A DNA stretch of 33,431 bases from a virus: the IMG/VR virus record IMGVR_UViG_3300022659_000035, one strand, 5' to 3'. The first letter of the stretch is position 1. The number at the start of each line of letters is the position of its first letter. Below, in pieces: positions 7,721 to 17,339 of the stretch. The notes beneath the pieces are model-generated. The model made no database searches and had not been told where the DNA came from. It worked only from the letters and a program-made list of their open reading frames with translations. The position numbers and the translations under genes were made by a program.

Positions 7721-8466
7721 CGCGCTCCCATTGCATAGCGGGCATATTCGCCCATTGATTGACGGCGTTTCATGTCCTCTTCAAACGTCCGGGCCATCTC
7801 TTGCTGGTTGCTGTTCAACACCCCACTCAGGTCCAGCGGTTGAGACTGGATCGGCATGGCAGGAGGGGGAGCCATTTCCGGCTCGGCCAAAAGTCCCTGC
7901 GCCAGCTTCGCGGTGCCCATTGCCTCGCCAACAGGCTTGACTGCGCTGTTGAAGCTCTTGAGTGTTTCCATTGCCCCGGTCATGCCAGGAAGCTGCGTGG
8001 CGTTGGCGTAGGTGCCCGTGATCGGGTTGAAGGCCGGGAGCGAGGTTGCCATGCCTTTGCCAGCGCCGCCCGCAAATCTTGCGAACGTGGCTTTGTCCAT
8101 TGCCGACTTCCACGGCGCTTCCGCAGCCTGGGAGAGCAATTTGTCGCCAGCCAAGCCGAAGCCCTCATTCTGAGCAGCCAACATTGCAGACTGTGACTGC
8201 GGGCCAAACGCCGCCGATTCAGGCAAGCCAAGCAGTGTTGCGGTTTGTCCGGCTGTCGTGGAGGCACCAGCAGCACCAGCAGCACCGGCAGAAGCACCAG
8301 AGGCTGCAGGAGCCGAACCCAGCAACCCACCGCCACCCGCCGCCAGCGTGCCCCCTGCTGCACCCAAGCCAGCACCCAGCAAAGCGCCTTTGAGTGGGTC
8401 TTTTTTGTTCGCCACAGCACCCAGACCCGCGCCAATCAAAAGAGGCATCAGCATGGGAAACATCAC
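7717..8466 (-). CDS. Gly/Ala-rich virion protein with an N-terminal hydrophobic segment
   Basis: 249 aa, beginning MMFPMLMPLLIGAGLGAVANKKDPLKGALLGAGLGAAGG. ATGA coupling to the upstream gene. Confidence 0.65.
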   Translation of the reverse strand: MMFPMLMPLLIGAGLGAVANKKDPLKGALLGAGLGAAGGTLAAGGGGLLGSAPAASGASAGAAGAAGASTTAGQTATLLGLPESAAFGPQSQSAMLAAQNEGFGLAGDKLLSQAAEAPWKSAMDKATFARFAGGAGKGMATSLPAFNPITGTYANATQLPGMTGAMETLKSFNSAVKPVGEAMGTAKLAQGLLAEPEMAPPPAMPIQSQPLDLSGVLNSNQQEMARTFEEDMKRRQSMGEYARYAMGAR

Positions 8467-8801
8467 TTGACTCCTTTGGTCGATGTGGCCACGGGAGCCG
8501 CCTGCATCATCGGCGTGGCCGGTTGCTGCCAGGGCACGAAAGAACTTTGCTGGGCAGGCATCTGGCCCGACTGCTTGAACGCCTGGAACTGCGCCAGAGG
8601 ACTCAGCGAGTTGTCAGTAGCAGGCGCGCGGGTATATCGAGGATTGATGAACTGCGCCGGGTCCACGCCTTGAACGGGGATGGACTGGAAAGGGTTGTTC
8701 TGCTTGAAGTAGGCGTCAAGGTCTGCCGCTGTGAGTGGTTGCGCCTCCTTACGAGTAAGGCCAAATTTCTCGGCCAAAAATGGGCTTTTAAAAATCGCCA
8801 T
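8463..8801 (-). CDS. Hypothetical structural-module protein
   Basis: I take the internal ATG at 8801 as the start (MAIFKSPFLAEKFGL), with a GGAGGT RBS 7 nt upstream and 1 nt after the upstream stop. The longer ORF-track start at 8864 overlaps the upstream gene. Confidence 0.65.
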   Translation of the reverse strand: MAIFKSPFLAEKFGLTRKEAQPLTAADLDAYFKQNNPFQSIPVQGVDPAQFINPRYTRAPATDNSLSPLAQFQAFKQSGQMPAQQSSFVPWQQPATPMMQAAPVATSTKGVK

Positions 8802-8802
8802 T

Positions 8803-9564
8803 TCACTTACCTCCGCCACTGGTCGTCGTCGTTGAACCCTGCGCCTGACCCACCACACCGCCAATCGTCTGGAGTTTCTTGTAGGGGTTGTTCTGCGCGT
8901 CTTGGTACTGCTGGTAGCCGAAATCGAGGTTGTTCTGGACTTGCTGTTGTTGCAGGTTCCCGGCGTTCAGCAGTTGGCCCGCGTCTTGGTAGGCCGCATT
9001 GCCGAATGTCGGTGCCATGCCAATCGCCTGCATCCGGTTCGCTTGGTCGGTGTTGTAGGCGTTGCCGTACATTTGGGTCGCCACGTCCGTCAATCCGGCT
9101 GCGTACTGTTGCTGAAGCCCGGAGTTACCAAAGGAGCCGGAGTTCACCGCCGCAGTGTTGAAGTTGGACTTCACCGAATCCTGCGCCTTCTGCACCATCT
9201 GGTCGAGGTACGGATTCGTGTTACCCCCCTGAATGAACTGGTTCAGGTTGGCCTCGGCGTTGTTCATGGTCTGCGAACCATTCAGTGCCCGGTCTTGGAT
9301 CATTCCAATCCCGAGGTTCTGGGTCGAGTTCAGGTCCGCAAACCGTTGCCCCGAATACGCCTGCCACGGGGTGGAGGCGAGTTGCTGCGCTTGCTGGGTG
9401 TACAGGTTGGCCAGAGGGCGAAGCTCAGGCGCGATTTGTGGCGTTGTGGTGGATGTGCCCCCTCCCCCGCCCCCACCGCCGTAGATCCGGCCAAAGGGTT
9501 TCTCCTGGGTGGCGCTGTCGCCTAGCGGCTCACCCATTGCATATAGTTCACGCCGACTGGTCAT
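8803..9564 (-). CDS. Gln/Asn/Gly-rich virion protein
   Basis: I take the start at 9564 (MTSRRELYAMGEPLG), an ATGA overlap with the upstream stop. I reject the 390-aa track ORF extension because it overlaps 9561..9968 in another frame. Confidence 0.65.
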   Translation of the reverse strand: MTSRRELYAMGEPLGDSATQEKPFGRIYGGGGGGGGTSTTTPQIAPELRPLANLYTQQAQQLASTPWQAYSGQRFADLNSTQNLGIGMIQDRALNGSQTMNNAEANLNQFIQGGNTNPYLDQMVQKAQDSVKSNFNTAAVNSGSFGNSGLQQQYAAGLTDVATQMYGNAYNTDQANRMQAIGMAPTFGNAAYQDAGQLLNAGNLQQQQVQNNLDFGYQQYQDAQNNPYKKLQTIGGVVGQAQGSTTTTSGGGK

Positions 9565-9968
9565 GCTTCCACCTCCAAAATCGAGTACACGGGCTGGAAC
9601 CCGCAAGTCATCCGGTACAAACGCTCCTGGGCTTTCCCTGCCGCACAGCGGACCCTGGAACACCCCAGCGTGCGGGCCATCTCCTTGATCGCCCCGAAAA
9701 AGTCCTGAAACCTGCCGTGATGCGCCACCAAGTCGGTGACGAACAAGACTCTCAGGTTGGGCAGTTGATCCACCCTCACCACCCCCCAGCCACGCACACC
9801 GTCCTCGGCATCCATGCGGATCAGGGTGCGCTCCCCACGGGAGAGGATCATCTTCAGTTGGTCCCCCGTAATCTCCCCGCCCGAGGTGTCGCAGGCTTCG
9901 GCAAGGCAGGAAGCCCCTTCCTTCCAGGCGAGGTCGATGTGGGAGGCGGGAATGGGGGTAAGGGTCAT
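9561..9968 (-). CDS. Hypothetical protein, possibly with a GNAT-like fold
   Basis: I take the start at 9968 (MTLTPIPASHIDLAWKEG), an ATGA overlap with the upstream gene. The function is not securely recognised. Confidence 0.6.
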   Translation of the reverse strand: MTLTPIPASHIDLAWKEGASCLAEACDTSGGEITGDQLKMILSRGERTLIRMDAEDGVRGWGVVRVDQLPNLRVLFVTDLVAHHGRFQDFFGAIKEMARTLGCSRVRCAAGKAQERLYRMTCGFQPVYSILEVEA

Positions 9969-10258
9969 CAGGCACCTGTCAAGTACCGACATTCCACCCA
10001 TGTGCCGGGTGTGCCACCGATCACGCATTTCCAGCCGTCGATGACATACTTTGACCCAGCAGTGCCCAACTCGGTGGGCGTGTTGTTGGCTACAAAGTCA
10101 CCCTGTGCATAGGTGCCTGTCGTTGGTGCAGATGATGCGGATTGGTAAAGCGCAACCGCCCTGCCCTCTGACAGTCCGTTGATCTGGTTCGCCACCTCGC
10201 GCATCCACTGCGCGGTTTCGGCGTCCACGTTCTTTCTGGGGGTTTTGCTGATCCTCAT
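9968..10258 (-). CDS. Small conserved structural-module protein
   Basis: 96 aa ending GDFVANNTPTELGTAGSKYVIDGWKCVIGGTPGTWVECRYLTGA. ATGA overlap at its start. Confidence 0.65.
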   Translation of the reverse strand: MRISKTPRKNVDAETAQWMREVANQINGLSEGRAVALYQSASSAPTTGTYAQGDFVANNTPTELGTAGSKYVIDGWKCVIGGTPGTWVECRYLTGA

Positions 10259-11712
10259 TGCGTGCCCTCGGGGATCAGGGTCAGCTCATGCCCTACCGCC
10301 GTCACCCGTCCGGTGAACTCAAACGTCACCCGATGCCAGCGCGAGGAATCCAGGGCGTCGAACTTGCCATCTGCCCAAGTGGAAACCGTGGCAGGCATCA
10401 AGGCATCCCCGGCGTCGTTCTTGGTTTGGCTGGTCATCGTGGCGCTCGTCGGCTTCTCGCCAGGAGCAAACCGCACCCGCACCTTGGTCAGCAGGGAGTA
10501 GGCGTCATCGTCCCCGTAGTCCCCCGAGGTGTAGCCGGAAGTCACCGAGTCCCCGGTCACGGTCTGCAACTGGTGCGAGTTGTTGAAGATCGCCAACGAC
10601 CTTCCCCCCACCAGCCAGAATTGGGAGTCGAACGAGTATTCCGTCAGCCCGTCCATCGTGGGCGCAATAGAAGGCAGGTCGTCAATCGCCAAACCCTCGC
10701 CCACGTAGTTCACCACCGCCTCAGACGCCAAATCCACCGCGCCCCACTGCTGAGTGACGGTGTGGTAGACCAAGGCTTTGTCGGGTTGGGTCGAACTCAG
10801 GGAGGGGTAGAACACCCAGACCAGATTGTTCTGCTTGTCATACGCGCAGCGGGTCCGGTAACGGTGTTGCGGACTCGATTGGGCGTAGAACCAGTCCCGC
10901 ACCACCCCGTTGCCGATCTTGTTGGGGCGCGAACCGTCGAAGATCCAGAAGTTGTCTATCCCCACGATGAAGTGGGCACCACCAATGTCGCACCACGCCT
11001 CTTGACCGACACACCCAGCCTCACCGCCTGGGATCTCCTGCCAGTCCCACACCACCGGCGGGCCGACGTACTGCCCCAGATAGATTGCACGTTCCTTGTA
11101 GGCCACGGCGTAATCGCCCAACTTCCCGCCTGCCGTGAACCGGCCTTGGGTACTCACCAAGCGGCCTGTCGTGGCTTGGGTCGTGATCGAAGGCGTCCAG
11201 TCGGTGTCGTTGAACGCAGCACAGCACCACCAGCGGTCCGGGTTGTCACCAAAGCCGGAATCGTTGGTGTGCAGCGCCATCACAAAGCCCTGCACCGAGA
11301 AGATGATCCGCGCCTTGGGTGCGCCCGAGATGGCCGCAAACGCCCCAGAACCCGGTGAACGTTGGATCGTGTCCGCGAGGTTCGCCGCCAGGGTGGAGTC
11401 CCCGAACTGCGTGTAACACCAGCGGGTTTCTGCCCCGCCTGCATAGGTCGTGGCCGAACGGTCCACCCATGCGCCCAGCACCAGTTCGTACAACTTGGTC
11501 GTGGTCCCGGCAAAGATACGGCGGGTGTCGTCCAGCTTGGTCGTCACTGCCGCGCCGATGCACTCTGCTGCCAGCACCGGGACGTTGGCAGGCGTCACAG
11601 GAGTGGGCGCGCCCTTCATGCCCTTTTCGTCGGGCACCATGTTGACCACCTCGGTCATCACCCCCGGCGTGGTCGGATCGGCGTCCGGGGTGAAGCCTAA
11701 GAGCTTATCCAC
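10255..11712 (-). CDS. Tail or particle protein, 485 aa, probably beta-rich
   Basis: GTG start at 11712 with an AAGGTG RBS. High GC3 throughout. Position is between the adaptor and the tail-associated genes. Confidence 0.7.
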   Translation of the reverse strand: MDKLLGFTPDADPTTPGVMTEVVNMVPDEKGMKGAPTPVTPANVPVLAAECIGAAVTTKLDDTRRIFAGTTTKLYELVLGAWVDRSATTYAGGAETRWCYTQFGDSTLAANLADTIQRSPGSGAFAAISGAPKARIIFSVQGFVMALHTNDSGFGDNPDRWWCCAAFNDTDWTPSITTQATTGRLVSTQGRFTAGGKLGDYAVAYKERAIYLGQYVGPPVVWDWQEIPGGEAGCVGQEAWCDIGGAHFIVGIDNFWIFDGSRPNKIGNGVVRDWFYAQSSPQHRYRTRCAYDKQNNLVWVFYPSLSSTQPDKALVYHTVTQQWGAVDLASEAVVNYVGEGLAIDDLPSIAPTMDGLTEYSFDSQFWLVGGRSLAIFNNSHQLQTVTGDSVTSGYTSGDYGDDDAYSLLTKVRVRFAPGEKPTSATMTSQTKNDAGDALMPATVSTWADGKFDALDSSRWHRVTFEFTGRVTAVGHELTLIPEGTQ

Positions 11713-12301
11713 GGCGCACCTTGATCTGCAAGCCTGTGTTGGTCGGCTGGCCCTTGCGCTCGATAAAGCGCTTCACCGCCTCCAGCTTGTCGTTCACCAT
11801 CCCTGTGAGGGTCTGCACCAAATCCCCCGCACGGATGTACTTGGCCCCCTCCAGGCAGCAGGCAAACAGGTACAAGTCCTGTGCATTGCTCAACACCCAA
11901 TTGGTCGGGTTGCTGTTGCTCAGCGCCTCGATCTTGGGCACGTAGTACAGCGTCAGGGTGGTTCCAGTACCCGCCCCGAACACGCGGATCTGCCCGTTTT
12001 CGAAGGAGAACTTGTGCGGGTAGGCGTCCGGGTCGGTGTAGCGCTGCGGGTCGCTCTGGTAGTCCAGCGCGTAGGTCTTGCCACCCACCGTCACCTCAAT
12101 CTTGGACAGCGAGCCGAAGTCAGCCGGGAGCGAGGCGTATTCCCCCGTGGTCGTCAGCGTGGTGGAGGTCTGAAGCTCCTTCACGTTCAGTTCACGGAAC
12201 AGGAACGCTTCGGCCAAGCCAATGAAGGTGGGGATCTTGGAGCCCAGGTCGCCCCGGTGCAGGTAGGAGGCAATCTCTGCCTGAAGGGTGGTGTAGTTCA
12301 T
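11705..12301 (-). CDS. Head-tail adaptor or head-completion protein
   Basis: 198 aa. The N-terminus MNYTTLQAEIASYLHRGDLGSKIPTFIGLAEAFLFREL is typical of phage adaptor proteins. ATGA coupling. Confidence 0.6.
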   Translation of the reverse strand: MNYTTLQAEIASYLHRGDLGSKIPTFIGLAEAFLFRELNVKELQTSTTLTTTGEYASLPADFGSLSKIEVTVGGKTYALDYQSDPQRYTDPDAYPHKFSFENGQIRVFGAGTGTTLTLYYVPKIEALSNSNPTNWVLSNAQDLYLFACCLEGAKYIRAGDLVQTLTGMVNDKLEAVKRFIERKGQPTNTGLQIKVRRG

Positions 12302-12615
12302 CGCTTCAGGTAGGCGTCAAAGGTAACGAAAGCAGGGTTCTGCACCAGATACTCTTTGAGTTTCTTCTTGCGCTCGTTCTGGTCGGGGATGGCCAGCAGC
12401 TCGGCATAGATGTGCATGGGAATGGTGCCCACATGCCGCATCTCGCCCCAGCGCTCGCCTGCCGTGGCGTTGCGCTTGGCCTTGGCAAACTCCAGAATCG
12501 GCTCCACATCCTGCGAGGTGTGCTTCACCACCTCGTCACCCTGGTAGATCAGGCGGGTATGGACACCGTACTGGTCTGTGCCCTCGTCAAGTGTGAAAGA
12601 TTCAACAGGTGTCAT
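12298..12615 (-). CDS. Hypothetical protein downstream of the major capsid gene
   Basis: ATG at 12615 with an AAGGAG RBS 7 nt upstream. I do not favour the track start (GTG at 12633). Confidence 0.65.
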   Translation of the reverse strand: MTPVESFTLDEGTDQYGVHTRLIYQGDEVVKHTSQDVEPILEFAKAKRNATAGERWGEMRHVGTIPMHIYAELLAIPDQNERKKKLKEYLVQNPAFVTFDAYLKR

Positions 12616-12647
12616 AGATACGCTCCTTGACACCTAATGTCTACATC

Positions 12648-12655
12648 GGTAAAGC
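12648..12655 (-). promoter_or_regulatory. GCTTTACC motif, copy 2
   Basis: Minus strand reads GCTTTACCGATGTAGACA. There are 32 nt between the motif and the ATG at 12615, and it lies directly after the post-capsid terminator. Confidence 0.5.
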
Positions 12656-12658
12656 ACG

Positions 12659-12680
12659 AAAAAGGGGGCCGAAGCCCCCT
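12659..12680 (-). terminator. Intrinsic terminator after the major capsid gene
   Basis: Minus strand reads A-GGGGGC-TTCG-GCCCCC-T followed by TTTTT. GC-rich stem with a UUCG tetraloop. Confidence 0.75.
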
Positions 12681-12712
12681 CTCTGTATCAACCTCCCTAG
12701 AGGTCAGTCAAC

Positions 12713-13693
12713 TCATCCGCCGCTCAGATCGCTGATCTTGCCAAATGCCTTGGGCGCACGAACAGCCAAGGCACAGTCAACGGTCACGAGGACGCGCTCG
12801 CTGTCACCAGACTTGCCGAGTTCTTCGGTACGGAAACCGTCGAGGTAGGCAACGTCTGCGTAGTTCGTGTTAAGCAGATGAACGTCGGTGGCACCAGCCA
12901 TCAGATAGTGAGGCACGATCTCAAGCTCGCCAAAGTCGCTCATGTAAACGTCCGCGCCGCCGATGATGCGACCCTGCTCCTTCTTGGAGACTTGGTAGCG
13001 GTTCACAGCGATACCGGCAAAGCCCGAGAACACGCCCTTGTGGTTGGGCGACATGATGACCATGCGGGGCACTTCGCCAGAGGCGATGTAGGCCGACTGC
13101 ACAACGGTCTTGAGCAGGGTTTCAGAGAAGGCACGCAACGTTCCGCTCAACGTCGGCGCCGTGGTCGGTGCGCCAGAAGTCCAAGAGGCGGTAGATCCGT
13201 TCGGTGTGCCGGTACCGTGCGATGTGTTGGCGTAGTTCTGCACACCCAGACCACCCATCTTGCCAGCCACGGAAGTGGTGGGAGCGACAGCGGCGTTGTT
13301 GGACACGATGGCGGCTTCAATGTCGCGCTTCAGTTCCAGCATGGCCTTGGCCTTGATGTAGGCCATTTCAGAGCCACGACCGGCTTTCTTCACGATGTTG
13401 GCGCGGCGGGACACACCGGGCTTCTTTGCGAAGATTTGCATGTAGTTGCCCACACGCTCGGTTGCGGTCTGTGCGTCCAGCGTCACGTCGTCGCCGTCGA
13501 TCTGCGCGTTGTCCTTGTTGGCGGTAGCCAAGGAATCGCGCTGCCATTCGTGGTACGTATTGGTCGCAGTCACGCGGCCAATGGCACTCAGCACCGGGGT
13601 TTCGGTCGGGCTGGTGTTGTAGATTTTGTCGGTCAAGTCCTCGCGGTCACCGCGCAGGGAGGCTTTCTGGTACAGGTTGGTTGGCACAGCCAT
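12713..13693 (-). CDS. Major capsid protein (HK97 fold, SU10/DUF5309-like)
   Basis: 326 aa containing LRGDREDLTDKIYNTSPTETPVLSAIGRVTATNTYHEWQRDSL. It is followed by a strong terminator and preceded by the scaffold gene. Confidence 0.85.
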   Translation of the reverse strand: MAVPTNLYQKASLRGDREDLTDKIYNTSPTETPVLSAIGRVTATNTYHEWQRDSLATANKDNAQIDGDDVTLDAQTATERVGNYMQIFAKKPGVSRRANIVKKAGRGSEMAYIKAKAMLELKRDIEAAIVSNNAAVAPTTSVAGKMGGLGVQNYANTSHGTGTPNGSTASWTSGAPTTAPTLSGTLRAFSETLLKTVVQSAYIASGEVPRMVIMSPNHKGVFSGFAGIAVNRYQVSKKEQGRIIGGADVYMSDFGELEIVPHYLMAGATDVHLLNTNYADVAYLDGFRTEELGKSGDSERVLVTVDCALAVRAPKAFGKISDLSGG

Positions 13694-13739
13694 TTCAATA
13701 CTCCTTCAATTGGTCAACGTAGGTAGGCTGCAAGGTCGT

Positions 13740-14681
13740 TCAACTTGGCGCGTCCACCCTGGAAGCGTTTTCAAGTTGCACATCCCTGCGTTTCTGCGGT
13801 GTCGGGTTGTTCTTGCTGGGCAGCTTCGGGGCCTCGCTCACCTTCTTCTGAACGGCAGGTTTCTGCTCTTTCAGTTGGCGGTAAGCCAGGGCATCCAACA
13901 TCACGCGCACCTGACGGTGATCCAGCACCTGCCCGAGTTCCTCTTGGGTGAACCCGTAGGTCTTGGAAACGTCCTGGTACGCCTTCGCCAGCCGGTCGCG
14001 GTCGATCCCGTCTTTCTGAAGCTCTGCCCAGCTACGCTGGAACATCTCAGCCCGTGCCTGTTGGATCTGCTGCTGATTGCGCTGCTCGATGGCCTGTCGC
14101 TCAGTGGCAATCTGCTGATCCAGTTGGCTCAAGACGCTGTAAATCGACTGTTGACGCTGGTTCTCTGCGACCCATGCAGCCGGATCGGTCTGGGCCAATT
14201 GCGCCATCTCTTCCGGGCTGCGCAGTCCTGCAAGCTGAACGATGGCGGCCCGACTGGCTTCCGCTTTCGTCAGATACTCTTGCGCGAACTCGTCATGTTT
14301 TGCCTTCAGGATTTCGACCGCCTGATGCTCCCGCTGTGCCAGCTCCTGGGTCTTGCGGGTGTAATCCGCTTGACGTTGGTAGCCCTTCACAAGCTCGGAT
14401 TCATCGACTTCGATCTCCTGCTCTGTGCCGTCCTCACCTTTGACAGTGACTTTCAGTTTCCGGTCGGGTGCAGGCGTATCTTCGGCATCTTCGTCGTCGG
14501 ACTCTTCGTCATCAGACTCTTCCTGTCCGTCCGTTTCCTCATCGTCCGTGTCGATCTCGTCGGTGGACTCTTCGGTGTCGGCCTCCAGTTCCTCTTGCTC
14601 GGATTCCGCGTCGGGAGTGTCCGAAAGGAAGGAAGCCAGGTCGCTCAAGGAATCGGGTGCGTTTTCAGCGTGTCCGTCCAT
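13740..14681 (-). CDS. Scaffolding protein
   Basis: 313 aa with an extremely acidic N-terminal 70 aa (runs of D/E), then helical coiled-coil sequence. It lies between the portal and capsid genes. Confidence 0.7.
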   Translation of the reverse strand: MDGHAENAPDSLSDLASFLSDTPDAESEQEELEADTEESTDEIDTDDEETDGQEESDDEESDDEDAEDTPAPDRKLKVTVKGEDGTEQEIEVDESELVKGYQRQADYTRKTQELAQREHQAVEILKAKHDEFAQEYLTKAEASRAAIVQLAGLRSPEEMAQLAQTDPAAWVAENQRQQSIYSVLSQLDQQIATERQAIEQRNQQQIQQARAEMFQRSWAELQKDGIDRDRLAKAYQDVSKTYGFTQEELGQVLDHRQVRVMLDALAYRQLKEQKPAVQKKVSEAPKLPSKNNPTPQKRRDVQLENASRVDAPS

Positions 14682-14703
14682 ATCGCTTTCTCTCTAGGTC
14701 TTT

Positions 14704-14711
14704 GCTTTACC
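14704..14711 (+). promoter_or_regulatory. GCTTTACC motif, the single copy in inverted orientation
   Basis: Plus strand reads TTTGCTTTACCCTCAAG, in the gap between 14775..15071 and the scaffold gene. Confidence 0.35.
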
Positions 14712-14774
14712 CTCAAGTCACCAGGGTTAGGCGCGGCGCATCTCTGCGGACGCAAAAAGGCGGGTGATCGCCGG

Positions 14775-15071
14775 TTAAGCCACTTTCCTCAAGAACCGCT
14801 TGGCAAGGGATTCATTGCGCTCACGGTCCAGATCAATCCTGTGTTGAGCCAGCTTGCCGGTTTCGATCATCCCTTGCAGGATCGACTCGAACTTGTCGGT
14901 GAGCTTGGCCAACTGCAACAGAAGCAACTGACCTTCACGGTCACGCACTGGGCAGTCTTTCCACTGCTGAATCACCACGGATTTCAGTTGGCTCATGGCC
15001 TCCTGATACGCCGGGTTGTCCAGCACCAAGGCTGCTTCCGTGGCTCGTTGAACGGTCTGTTGCTCAGTCAT
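14775..15071 (-). CDS. Hypothetical protein between portal and scaffold
   Basis: ATG at 15071 (MTEQQTVQRATEAALVLDNPAYQEAM). The track start at 15086 is a GTG. Confidence 0.6.
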   Translation of the reverse strand: MTEQQTVQRATEAALVLDNPAYQEAMSQLKSVVIQQWKDCPVRDREGQLLLLQLAKLTDKFESILQGMIETGKLAQHRIDLDRERNESLAKRFLRKVA

Positions 15072-15089
15072 GGAATCAGTTTGCACAGA

Positions 15090-15097
15090 GGTAAAGC
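15090..15097 (-). promoter_or_regulatory. GCTTTACC motif, copy 3
   Basis: Minus strand reads TGAGTGCTTTACCTCTGTGCAAA. It lies just after the portal stop and 18 nt before the ATG at 15071. Confidence 0.45.
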
Positions 15098-15099
15098 AC

Positions 15100-17196
15100 T
15101 CAGATGCCCAGGCCGTTTTGCATCTCAGCTTGCAGGCCAGAAAGGTTCATCTGCTGCGCTGTCTGTTGTCTCATCTGCTCGATGTAAATCTGCGTCTGCG
15201 CCATGTATTCCACCTTCCAGCGTTCAAACTCGATCTTCTGCGCCTCGAGTTGGGCATCCATTTGCGCCTTCATCTGCTCGCGCTCGGCGTCCCGCTGGTC
15301 GTTGGCGGCTTGGAGTTCCAAGGTGGCGCGGGTTTCTTCCAACTTGGCCTGAAGCTCGATCTGGCGTTTCTGCTGGTCTGCCTGCATCTGTGCCTGGAAC
15401 TTCTGTTGGTCGGCTTGCAGCTTCATTTGCTCGATCTGGATCGGCAACGGCGGCTGCTGTGGTTGAGGCGGCAGGGTGGTCGGGTCCACCGCGAAGCTCT
15501 GCACATCCTTGAAGCCCGCGTTCTCGATCAATTTGCTGAACGAGTGATACAGATGCTTCGGCTGCACCATGCCCAGCGCCATGCCCTTTTCTTGAAGCTG
15601 CATGATCTGCATCAGCGCCGCAGCCTGGGCCATCTTGTCGCCCGTGCCCAGACCCACATGGATGGTCATGTCGTACTGGTCCCGCCACTCGTTCGGGTCG
15701 TACTCCACGAACTCGTCGCGCAGGCGGAAGGCCAGCTTCTCAATACCCCCATCCGTCAGGGTCTTCAGAATCCCCTGGAAGATGGGTTTGACCAGGATCT
15801 CGGCGAAGATGCGGGCGACCAGTTCAATGCGCTGCTGGGCTGCGCTCTGGTCGATCTGACGACCCGTGGCCGTGTTGTTCAGGCTGTCCGGGTTCAGGCC
15901 CATGGAGGTGCGAGACACCCCGGTACGGTTTTCGCGCATCCCCTGGACGTACTCCAGCATCGGCAGGGACGCACCAGCCGCGAACGGGATCACATCGGAC
16001 TGGATGGCATTGGGATCGCGTGCCCGGATGATGCCGCCCGGACGGGAATCCAGCAGGTCGTCAATGTTCGCCAGCGGGGACCAGTTGGAATCCGTCAGCA
16101 CCTTGGTGCGGGGGTTGTTGGTCAGGTAGAGGTTGTTGAGCGTCTGACGCAGCAGTTCGGTGTGCAGCTTCTGGAGATCAGACACCGCCTCGGCCATGCT
16201 CATGCCTGCCCACTGGTGGGTGTTCAGGATGGGAGAGGCCGTGGCAATGGGTACGTGCGAGACTTCCTCGATCTTGAGGATCTTGTCTTGCAGGCGGTAC
16301 ACACACAGACGTTCCGCAATGCCGTCGCCGTCGCGGTCCACCAGCACGAACTCGATGCGCAGGTAGCCATCAGCCTGGGAGGTGTCCAGATCCTCCGTCA
16401 TGGCGTCGTAGGCGGTTTCCTCCACCTCGCGCTGCATCAGGTTGCGATCGGAGGCTTCCAGGTCTTCCTCGTCCACATCGAAACCCATCAGCTTCAAGTC
16501 GGACAAAGTAACTTCCATCACCCGGCAGACGTAGGGGCAGTCTTGCAGCAGAGGGGAAGTCCACTCGGCATCCACCAACAGGTCGTTGGGGTCGAACGCC
16601 TCAACCTTGACGATGTTGCGCTTCTCGATCCGTTTCAGCCGCCCGGTGTGGATGTTCATCACCTGGCCGGTCATCTGGTCCACCACCTGCTCAGTGCGGA
16701 CCTCCTGAATCTCTGCGCCATCCTCTTGAAGCATCAGGGCCAGCATCTCGTCCGTAGCACCCTGGAACGGGATGGAGATGACGCTTTCCTTGGCTTCCTT
16801 GCGCCACATCACCGCACTGTTGCCCGTGATGAGTGCGTCCTTGAAGGCGGTGTACAGGATCAGAAAGCCGTTGTTCTGCTTGTAGAACACGTAGTTGCAG
16901 GCGTCCGTGGCCTGCTCTGCGCCCTTCACATCGTTGGCCCGTGAAGGCTCGAACGACACCGCCTTGTCCGTGCTGGTGAAAATCTTCAGCAGAGCGGGCA
17001 AGACCCATTCCACCGTGTCGGACACATCGGAGGCGACGATCTGCGACCAATCCTCCTGCTCGTTGCCGTAGGGCAGCTTGTAGTATTCCCGGCGCGACTG
17101 CTCACGGGTCGTGGCCAGTTCACCCCAGACGTACTTGGCTGAAGCCTCTTCCTTGTCCTGAAGGGCGCGCAGGAGGTCGTCGTCCTGCATCTTCAT
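15100..17196 (-). CDS. Portal protein
   Basis: 698 aa containing REYYKLPYGNEQEDWSQIVASDVSDTVEWVLPALLKIFTS, with a Gln-rich C-terminal coil. It lies downstream of terminase. Confidence 0.85.
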   Translation of the reverse strand: MKMQDDDLLRALQDKEEASAKYVWGELATTREQSRREYYKLPYGNEQEDWSQIVASDVSDTVEWVLPALLKIFTSTDKAVSFEPSRANDVKGAEQATDACNYVFYKQNNGFLILYTAFKDALITGNSAVMWRKEAKESVISIPFQGATDEMLALMLQEDGAEIQEVRTEQVVDQMTGQVMNIHTGRLKRIEKRNIVKVEAFDPNDLLVDAEWTSPLLQDCPYVCRVMEVTLSDLKLMGFDVDEEDLEASDRNLMQREVEETAYDAMTEDLDTSQADGYLRIEFVLVDRDGDGIAERLCVYRLQDKILKIEEVSHVPIATASPILNTHQWAGMSMAEAVSDLQKLHTELLRQTLNNLYLTNNPRTKVLTDSNWSPLANIDDLLDSRPGGIIRARDPNAIQSDVIPFAAGASLPMLEYVQGMRENRTGVSRTSMGLNPDSLNNTATGRQIDQSAAQQRIELVARIFAEILVKPIFQGILKTLTDGGIEKLAFRLRDEFVEYDPNEWRDQYDMTIHVGLGTGDKMAQAAALMQIMQLQEKGMALGMVQPKHLYHSFSKLIENAGFKDVQSFAVDPTTLPPQPQQPPLPIQIEQMKLQADQQKFQAQMQADQQKRQIELQAKLEETRATLELQAANDQRDAEREQMKAQMDAQLEAQKIEFERWKVEYMAQTQIYIEQMRQQTAQQMNLSGLQAEMQNGLGI

Positions 17197-17339
17197 TCGG
17201 CCACCTTGCGCTTGGTGACTTTGGGAGCCGGTTCCTCCTGCTTGAGCAGCGGGAACAGCACTTCGGCCAGCTTGTCGGCTGCGTCACGGCGTCCCTGGCA
17301 AACCAGTCGGATGAGGTCTTGTAGCTCTTGCTGTGTCAT
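17193..17339 (-). CDS. Small 48-aa ORF coupled to the portal gene (not in the ORF track)
   Basis: My own translation is MTQQELQDLIRLVCQGRRDAADKLAEVLFPLLKQEEPAPKVTKRKVAE. AGGAGT RBS. Its stop overlaps the portal ATG (ATGA). Confidence 0.5.
   Translation of the reverse strand: MTQQELQDLIRLVCQGRRDAADKLAEVLFPLLKQEEPAPKVTKRKVAE

Noticed and set aside
4913-7738. 941-aa ORF on the plus strand, the largest in the ORF track
   Set aside because: It lies antisense to three well-supported minus-strand genes that have RBSs and coupling. Its product is low-complexity and Arg/Leu/Gly/His-rich, as expected for a shadow ORF in high-GC DNA. It has no recognisable motif.
8803-9975. The 390-aa version of this ORF, and similar long N-terminal extensions at 19553..20149, 21831..22937, 22820..23311 and 24808..25248
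   Set aside because: The extensions overlap the upstream genes in another frame and are Arg/Gly/Pro-rich. Each is made unnecessary by an internal ATG that overlaps the upstream stop codon or has a good RBS.
13626-16944. Two plus-strand ORFs of about 625 aa each (13626..15512 and 15070..16944)
   Set aside because: They lie antisense to the scaffold and portal genes. They are Leu/Arg/Val/Gln-rich and have no motifs, so I treat them as shadow ORFs.
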